This document shows, piece after piece, positions 35,561 through 41,183 of a DNA stretch of 41,183 nucleotides. Both the position numbers and the translations under genes were made by a program. Within the stretch, counting starts at the first letter, position 1; every line of letters starts with the position of its first letter. The notes beneath the pieces are model-generated. The model was not told where the DNA came from and did no database searches. It saw only the letters and a list, made by a program, of their open reading frames with translations. The stretch is from the IMG/VR virus record IMGVR_UViG_3300025035_000013, positions 88,627-129,809 of that record; one strand, written 5' to 3'. This DNA comes from a virus.

Positions 35561-35782
35561 TTAAGTACCTGCGGCGGAGAATCTAGTAATGAAATCGACT
35601 CTACTTGACTTACCTAATCCATTATTAATCCATTCATTATTGACAAAGTCCCATGTATTAAATTTCATATCAGGAATATCGGTATCAAATTTAAATATGG
35701 TATAACCTTCTGATGATTTGAAATTTGAATCTATCGGTGACACACCAAACCAATTATCTTTTGTAATTACCCAATAAGTCAT
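35561..35782 (-). CDS. hypothetical protein, possibly C-terminally truncated
   Basis: TAATG-coupled ORF; ends abruptly after F..RF, a motif recalled from longer tail-associated proteins. Confidence 0.45.
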   Translation of the reverse strand: MTYWVITKDNWFGVSPIDSNFKSSEGYTIFKFDTDIPDMKFNTWDFVNNEWINNGLGKSSRVDFITRFSAAGT

Positions 35783-36045
35783 TATTTGTTTATCCTTTTC
35801 TGTTCGAGCAACATTTGCCGCAATAATTGTTGTGTCTCTTTTTGTTCATCTAGCATCAATTTTGTGCGATCATCAAGTTTTGCTTGCCCCTCTTTTAGGT
35901 GTACAATTTCTTGTTGTACTTGTGATTGGGATTTAACTGCATCTTCGATAGTTTGAATTTTAGCTGTAGTTTCTGCCCATGCCATACCAGATGCAAATAA
36001 GAACACAACTAAAAACCAATATTCTTTAAGCCATCTGATTATCAC
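35782..36045 (-). CDS. single-TM plus coiled-coil membrane protein (holin/XhlA-like)
   Basis: WFLVVFLFASGMAWA followed by a coiled coil. Confidence 0.55.
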   Translation of the reverse strand: MIIRWLKEYWFLVVFLFASGMAWAETTAKIQTIEDAVKSQSQVQQEIVHLKEGQAKLDDRTKLMLDEQKETQQLLRQMLLEQKRINK

Positions 36046-36118
36046 AAATAATCACCGCAATGAATACATCGTCTATTATTCTTAACATATTGCAAAGTAT
36101 TGCAATTTGCGCATTTAA

Positions 36119-36478
36119 TCATTGATGATTCCCTCGACCAAACCATCTTACTGACCAAAAAATGATATATTTTCTCCATGCAGCTACGCCTAAAACTCCC
36201 ATGGATTCAAATAAAACATAATCTGCATAATTCTTTGCCCCTATTGCATTTACATATAGATAATCATGTATGATAGCCGATTTGGCATATTCTCCATGGG
36301 GTGGCAATATGGGCCAAAATATTCTAGGGATTGTTGCTAAATCCGCCACAAAGCCAGCGGGTACTGTGATGACATCTTCACTAGGATATTTTCCGACATG
36401 ATATTCAAATGGAACAAGTAATTTCCATTTAAAGTCACCCAGCATCTCAAGTTGCGCGGGTGTAGTGAATTGACTCAT
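36119..36478 (-). CDS. DUF1353-like protein
   Basis: I.VP.GF..DLA.IP, SAIIHDYLY, AD..F...M, VR.FG. Confidence 0.8.
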   Translation of the reverse strand: MSQFTTPAQLEMLGDFKWKLLVPFEYHVGKYPSEDVITVPAGFVADLATIPRIFWPILPPHGEYAKSAIIHDYLYVNAIGAKNYADYVLFESMGVLGVAAWRKYIIFWSVRWFGRGNHQ

Positions 36479-36807
36479 TCTAATTTAGTGCCTTCGTGTT
36501 TATCTATAAATTTAGCACCTATATATTTCGACCAGGCAGAAGACGCGCCAAGTGCTGCTAGATATATCGCTAACATTTCGGCAGTTAGTGTACCAAGTGC
36601 TGTCATTTTAGCGATGGCCCATGTTGACGTTAAAATAGCTATCACTTGACCTGTTCGGGTAATAGATGCTTTCTTAGTAGATGGGTCAATGATATAATCA
36701 AAAACATTGAATACTGAATCTGCACTCTTGTGTGCTTTGTACATAATAATAAAAATGATTACAAATATTATAATGTGCGGAAGGTATAATTGGAATTGTT
36801 CTAACAC
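36475..36807 (-). CDS. 3-TM membrane protein, candidate holin
   Basis: Three hydrophobic segments, K.S..R motif, charged C-terminus. Confidence 0.55.
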   Translation of the reverse strand: MLEQFQLYLPHIIIFVIIFIIMYKAHKSADSVFNVFDYIIDPSTKKASITRTGQVIAILTSTWAIAKMTALGTLTAEMLAIYLAALGASSAWSKYIGAKFIDKHEGTKLE

Positions 36808-36811
36808 GTTA

Positions 36812-37321
36812 TTAAATGCTCCCCGTTAAATCACACTCTCGTTTGTAAGTACAATTATCACATTTCATAGAAAATATTTCTTTCATTGCACCAAGTTTTG
36901 CATTTAGATTTGCATTTTCGATTACAAGCTCTTGCATCGCTGTTGTTGCACTTTTCAACTCGTGTGATAGAGTATTTACCATCAATTCTAATTGATTAAC
37001 TTGCGCCGATAAATGTTTTACTTCTACTGATAATTGCCCTACCTTATTGACTGCTTCATTTTTTTCTGTATCTGTCTGAATAAGTCGATTAAATAAATGC
37101 TCTTTGTCCTTTTTTAAGACATCGCGTTCATCTTCTAAGTGTTGAATCAAATCACTTTCTGCTGAATCCTTCTTTATCTCAAGCGAGTCCTTAGATAGCT
37201 TTCGGCGCATCCACAGCGCAGCGCCTGCTCCTGCGATTAATATTGAAAATATTAGTGTGAATATATCACTTCCAGTTTGTGAACTATGTTGTATTACATC
37301 TATTGTTTCTTTGAGCGGCAT
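36812..37321 (-). CDS. single-TM plus long coiled-coil protein
   Basis: IFTLIFSILIAGAGAALW then RRK; heptad-rich; CxxC at the end; late promoter at 37344-37350. Confidence 0.6.
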   Translation of the reverse strand: MPLKETIDVIQHSSQTGSDIFTLIFSILIAGAGAALWMRRKLSKDSLEIKKDSAESDLIQHLEDERDVLKKDKEHLFNRLIQTDTEKNEAVNKVGQLSVEVKHLSAQVNQLELMVNTLSHELKSATTAMQELVIENANLNAKLGAMKEIFSMKCDNCTYKRECDLTGSI

Positions 37322-37764
37322 TTGGTATCCTGTGATGTTTTTGTATTTATTCTAGGGTATCTTGAAAGAATCCACCATGTCGCAAGTCCAATAACAAAAG
37401 TTGGTGTTGCCGCAGCGCCGACTATATTATATCCTGCTTCTATCATTCCATTTTCTAAAAATAATGAAAGTGATGTATAATTCCATAAGATAAATCCTGC
37501 TAATGCTTCGCCTACAAAAGTGTATTTTGTCGTTCTATCTGTTATAAGAGCCCAGTATGTGATAAGTCCATGAATCATAGAAAATAATACCCAAAATAAA
37601 TCATAAAAATTCGGGGTTAATAAATAATGCACTGACAACACCATTGAAAACAATATCGACGATAACCCAACTGCCGCTCGAGTAATCAACAAGTCAGATG
37701 TCAGAAGAATCTTCATCAGTCTATAGTTTATATAATCTTTTCTAAAACAATTTAAGCCGTTCAT
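37300..37764 (-). CDS. multi-TM membrane protein
   Basis: About four hydrophobic segments; start may be at the internal MKILL. Confidence 0.6.
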   Translation of the reverse strand: MNGLNCFRKDYINYRLMKILLTSDLLITRAAVGLSSILFSMVLSVHYLLTPNFYDLFWVLFSMIHGLITYWALITDRTTKYTFVGEALAGFILWNYTSLSLFLENGMIEAGYNIVGAAATPTFVIGLATWWILSRYPRINTKTSQDTKCRSKKQ

Positions 37765-39254
37765 TCTAATTCAATCCAGGAGATGTGAGCTGATGCATAT
37801 CCTGCACCAAATCTTGATGTTGCGTAAATCACAAACATTTCTGACAATTCGCTGTCAATGTCTTGACTCAAATAAATATGATTACTGATAATAGATGTAT
37901 TAATTACATCTGTTGCTCCTGCATTCATCCCCGTGCCGGTAGCGACCATGGCACCTTCAATCTCATGAATGTGATGGGCAGTCAGCGCAGTTATGTCTTT
38001 TGAAATCATTGCAGCACTGCTATCATCGATTGATATCCATGTACCAGTGAAACTTCTCATTTCATGAATATGTACCAATTCAAAATAAACATCAGCTGCT
38101 CTTGCGAATAAGCCAGAATCTATTAATTTTAATGTATTTCTTACTGGTATCCCACCATTTTCAGATGCATTTTTTAATCTGATGGCTAATATTGGCGTCC
38201 TAACCCCATCTGCCAGCGACCTCTCAGTAATACCATGTGATACAGAGAATTCAAATCCAGGAATCGCATATCCACCTTCGCTTGCAACCGCCGCGCATAT
38301 TTGCTCTAAGGAAGACGGAGAAGCCGTCGCACTAACATTCTCAATCTCATATCTGATTGGCAACGTGGGAGTTCTCATATAAACGCCAGATGCCAGAGTA
38401 GCGTGATTAAATTCATGGACATATATCAATTTACCATCGATATTAAATCCACAGCGAATTCTACCAACTCCCAACCATTGAAAGTCAAGTGTTTGAATCT
38501 GATTCTTTGTTATATCAAGTTTCACACCTGAAGGATTGCCATGCTCTACTCCATTGCCGGATAGATTATCTAAATTCCAGTCAGATTGTGCTAACAAACT
38601 ATCAACTGGAACACCTGATGTATTACTACGAATCAACAGTTTAGTTATCAATTCATCTTGTACAATGCCAATACCATTGAGATTATCACCATACATTACA
38701 GTTTGTTTCAGCCCGATTTTTGGTTCATTAAATACCTGTGTAGTATTCACTAATTGAGAATATCCTGAAATATATGGAAAATATCGAAATGTCTGACGTA
38801 TTGCTTTCTGACCTTGCAATGTGCCAACTTTCAAAGCAACTGATGCTCTATAATATTGATATTCAACATGAGTACCGGTATTAATAGATGTTATAACAGC
38901 GGAACCAGTAGCCGTTGTTATTGTTTCTCCAACTGTAAATGAATTATCAATCGTTGAATATGTGAATGATGTCGGATTATCGACTGATGCAATTACCCCA
39001 TGATATTCAGATGTTGAACCAGTGAATGTTTGCCCAACTTCAAATGTTCCAGTTACAGTCCCATGAATCATAATACATCCAGTTAATCGCTCATCCCAAA
39101 GAAGGTGATTTTTAGATGAAAGGAACTTATTATCAAATAAACCGAATGGCTGAGAAATGCGTTGTCGACCAAAGGCATCGACAGAAGGAGTATCAGAGGG
39201 CCGTACAGTCAATATGGTATCTGAGGAAATACCATTGAGTGCAGTTGTATTCAT
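37761..39254 (-). CDS. putative virion structural protein (beta-rich)
   Basis: DAFGRQR.S.P..LFD, DFQWLGVGR.R.GF, LPIRYEI, F.VGE.I repeats. Confidence 0.7.
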   Translation of the reverse strand: MNTTALNGISSDTILTVRPSDTPSVDAFGRQRISQPFGLFDNKFLSSKNHLLWDERLTGCIMIHGTVTGTFEVGQTFTGSTSEYHGVIASVDNPTSFTYSTIDNSFTVGETITTATGSAVITSINTGTHVEYQYYRASVALKVGTLQGQKAIRQTFRYFPYISGYSQLVNTTQVFNEPKIGLKQTVMYGDNLNGIGIVQDELITKLLIRSNTSGVPVDSLLAQSDWNLDNLSGNGVEHGNPSGVKLDITKNQIQTLDFQWLGVGRIRCGFNIDGKLIYVHEFNHATLASGVYMRTPTLPIRYEIENVSATASPSSLEQICAAVASEGGYAIPGFEFSVSHGITERSLADGVRTPILAIRLKNASENGGIPVRNTLKLIDSGLFARAADVYFELVHIHEMRSFTGTWISIDDSSAAMISKDITALTAHHIHEIEGAMVATGTGMNAGATDVINTSIISNHIYLSQDIDSELSEMFVIYATSRFGAGYASAHISWIELE

Positions 39255-39265
39255 AAGGTTTATGT

Positions 39266-39793
39266 CTATGCGCTATATAATACTTCAAGTTTAGTCGCAG
39301 CGCCGATTGAAGTAATATCAATTGAAGCATATAACCAAGCTGGAGCAATTGTCTGGAAATCAGAATCACCATCTACAAGCGGATGAGTGACAGATGCTGC
39401 TGGTACCCAATGTGTGCCATCTAACGATAGGTCAAAGTTATATGCAGCGCCGCCTGCTCCAGTAACAAAGCTCTGCATGACAGCTGCCGTTCCAGTACTT
39501 CTAGGTAATGTGAATATTTGTCTGCCAGTTTGACCAGTTCGGAAGAAATCGACTTCAACGAGTCCTCTTAAATATGAGTACGGTTGATTTGTTGAGATTG
39601 TAAATTCAGTAGGAGAGAGGACAGTTACTTGCCCCTTTAATGTCATATCAAGTGCAGATGCTGGTATTACTGATACTACATCACCAGTCACCAGATAATG
39701 TGCTGATGATGTTGTTACTGTCAATACATTCGCTAACCATGTTGCGGTGAAATAAATCTGTGTTTTTAATTTTTTAATTTTAGCTGTACTCAT
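39266..39793 (-). CDS. putative virion structural protein
   Basis: TVTT..AH.L.TGD.V beta motif, S.DG..W; late promoter at 39847-39853. Confidence 0.6.
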   Translation of the reverse strand: MSTAKIKKLKTQIYFTATWLANVLTVTTSSAHYLVTGDVVSVIPASALDMTLKGQVTVLSPTEFTISTNQPYSYLRGLVEVDFFRTGQTGRQIFTLPRSTGTAAVMQSFVTGAGGAAYNFDLSLDGTHWVPAASVTHPLVDGDSDFQTIAPAWLYASIDITSIGAATKLEVLYSA

Positions 39794-39865
39794 ATTCGAT
39801 ATTCCTTTGTTAAGTCTTTGTTAAGTTGTTAAAGTAGCTACATGATTATTTATTAAAATTTGAAT

Positions 39866-39901
39866 TCATAATTATGCATAACCGTAAACTTTTGTAAAGT
39901 T
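39866..39901. repeat. second copy of the 36-bp motif at 15040-15075
   Basis: First 27 bp identical; the 3-nt hairpin loop is TGT here and ACA there. Confidence 0.85.
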
Positions 39902-39938
39902 CATTGCGGTAGCCTGACATTTGCCAATGCAAAAGCGA

Positions 39939-40394
39939 TTAATTCCGGCAGTCCCAGTCGAAATTCCATGCTGTTTCCTTATCTGTAAAATTGATGAAAT
40001 CTGGCCGGGGTGAACACAAGCTGACCGAGGGTATTGTGACTGTATCCTTTTGCAATAGACACCAGCCGCCAATGCCCTTCGGGCCAACTCTGATATAAAG
40101 GTTACCACTCACCTTTACAGGGGTGCTCTCTGACACGTCGGCTTGCAATAGCTGGTCAAAGCCCTGCGCAGGATTGCGGTTCATATAGGTTAAAGCAAGC
40201 ATATAGTTGCTGTAGCCCGGGTGCTCCGCCTTCCACCGCGCATCCCCGATAGCGAGATTATCGGATGGCTGGAACCACTTGAGCCATCGAGGGAGATTGC
40301 CGTCTGACTGGACGAATAACGCAAACAGCCAGTTGAACATATAGGCTGTCAGCGTGACCACGACCGAAGCAAGGGCTTTGATGGGATACATCAT
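39939..40394 (-). pseudogene. tail-locus gene (LPRWL.WFQ..DN...GD..W, RNPA.GF family), probably frameshifted by an internal deletion
   Basis: An alternative frame WRLVSIAKGYSHNTLGQLVFTPARFHQFYR* ends at a TAAGGA RBS serving a further gene stub. Confidence 0.5.
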
Positions 40395-40699
40395 GCCATC
40401 GCCTTCACTAGTTCCGCTCGAGCTGCCACAATCTGGGCATCTATTGCTGCCAGCCTATCGGTCGGACCTCCCAGCAGGACTTCGCGTACCGCTCTTGATT
40501 GCGACTGTTCTAGTGCGGCTATGCGACCTTTGATAGTTGCGATGGCTGCTTCTTTCACCTGCTCTAGTGTCGGTGCGCGCAAGACGGCCAGTTCCGCATC
40601 CGAAATAGGGATGAGTTCCGGCTTGATATAAGCGTCCTGCGAGCCGTCGGCGGCATAAGCGTAGATTTCGGCTGTTAGTGGATTCTTGTAATGTTTCAT
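40391..40699 (-). CDS. tail fibre assembly / chaperone-like protein
   Basis: MKHYK....EIYAY..DGSQD.YI...L..IS; RAVRE..LG; GGAGG RBS; follows the fibre gene. Confidence 0.7.
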   Translation of the reverse strand: MKHYKNPLTAEIYAYAADGSQDAYIKPELIPISDAELAVLRAPTLEQVKEAAIATIKGRIAALEQSQSRAVREVLLGGPTDRLAAIDAQIVAARAELVKAMA

Positions 40700-40707
40700 G
40701 ATTCCTC

Positions 40708-41181
40708 CTATCTCAATTCAGTCCAAGCATATATAGCCCCAGCAGTGCCGAGCCTTCGCACCATATAAATTGCACCGGCGGGGACGATTACGGGGCCAAC
40801 AGTTAACCGACCAGCAGCTGGCCCGGTACTCTGCTCCACGAGAGCCGGAGCATATATTCTAATGTCTGCATAGTTGGATGTACCGGTAAAGATAACGCTA
40901 ACCGAGATTGTCTTCCCGGTTGTATTCGTGTAGATAACGTCAAGAGCTCTGCTCGCAGTTACATCCTGCCAAGTTTGCCCGTAATGCCCGCCTGCCAGCG
41001 CATGGTTAGCGGTGGATGTGTCAATCGCTCTTTGGTAGTTCCGCACCTCACATGTATTAGCGGTGAGCATGTACACCTCAAACGTATCATTTGCCGCTGT
41101 AGTAATACTTGCGCCGCCTTGCAGAATGGTCAGCCCTGCCCCTGCAATAATCTGACCACCACCGAGACACTTGCGCTTATA
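40708..41181 (-). CDS. tail fibre protein, C-terminal part (5' end outside the window)
   Basis: Frame open to the window edge; ITTAAND, GQTWQDVT.SR....YTNTTGK.I.V, IVPAG..Y.V, W.ELR. Confidence 0.8.
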   Translation of the reverse strand, partial: YKRKCLGGGQIIAGAGLTILQGGASITTAANDTFEVYMLTANTCEVRNYQRAIDTSTANHALAGGHYGQTWQDVTASRALDVIYTNTTGKTISVSVIFTGTSNYADIRIYAPALVEQSTGPAAGRLTVGPVIVPAGAIYMVRRLGTAGAIYAWTELR

Positions 41182-41183
41182 GG

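Noticed and set aside
36054-36064. 11-bp match (ACCGCAATGAA) to the cassette border near 39900-39910, inverted
   Set aside because: Short enough to arise by chance; no flanking similarity
39805-39835. Short direct repeats CTTTGTTAAGT x2 in a late leader
   Set aside because: Consistent with simple slippage; no evidence of function
1-41183. Stop-codon reassignment (TAG or TGA recoding)
   Set aside because: Core genes are full length in the standard code, and TAG/TGA occur at expected gene ends
1-41183. tRNA or rRNA genes
   Set aside because: No cloverleaf or T-arm signature noticed in the few intergenic regions (by eye only)

Overview
This window is a fragment of an AT-rich T4-like myophage genome, and essentially all real genes lie on the minus strand. 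In transcription order (right to left) it holds: a GC-rich tail-fibre/chaperone cassette; structural and membrane genes; neck gp13, gp14, gp15; small terminase gp16; an inserted His-rich 685-aa gene; large terminase gp17; an ~8-kb block of His-rich putative capsid-internal enzymes, virion proteins and a spanin pair; sheath gp18, tube gp19, portal gp20, a prohead core protein, protease gp21, scaffold gp22 and major capsid gp23; two homing endonucleases; gp3, uvsY, uvsW, late sigma gp55, gp47 and gp46; and an array of six paralogous 'HREDGPA'-repeat genes under repeated sigma70 promoters. Most notable: (1) gp46 (Rad50/SbcC) is fractured inside its Walker A motif by an atypically split intein (38-aa N-intein, 124-aa C-intein, Thr+1). 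(2) A ~220-bp insert in the gp22 leader has a circle-junction sequence that reappears at the edge of the foreign tail-fibre cassette 25 kb away. (3) The repeat-gene array looks like a recombining accordion. (4) Several His-rich enzymes carry capsid-targeting-like N-termini. (5) An HNH gene is flanked by a 74-bp duplication of the gp23 end and terminator. (6) gp19 apparently starts at ATT. (7) A 12-bp tandem array upstream of uvsY may be an origin. Family assignments come from motif recognition and synteny by eye; no database searches were run.
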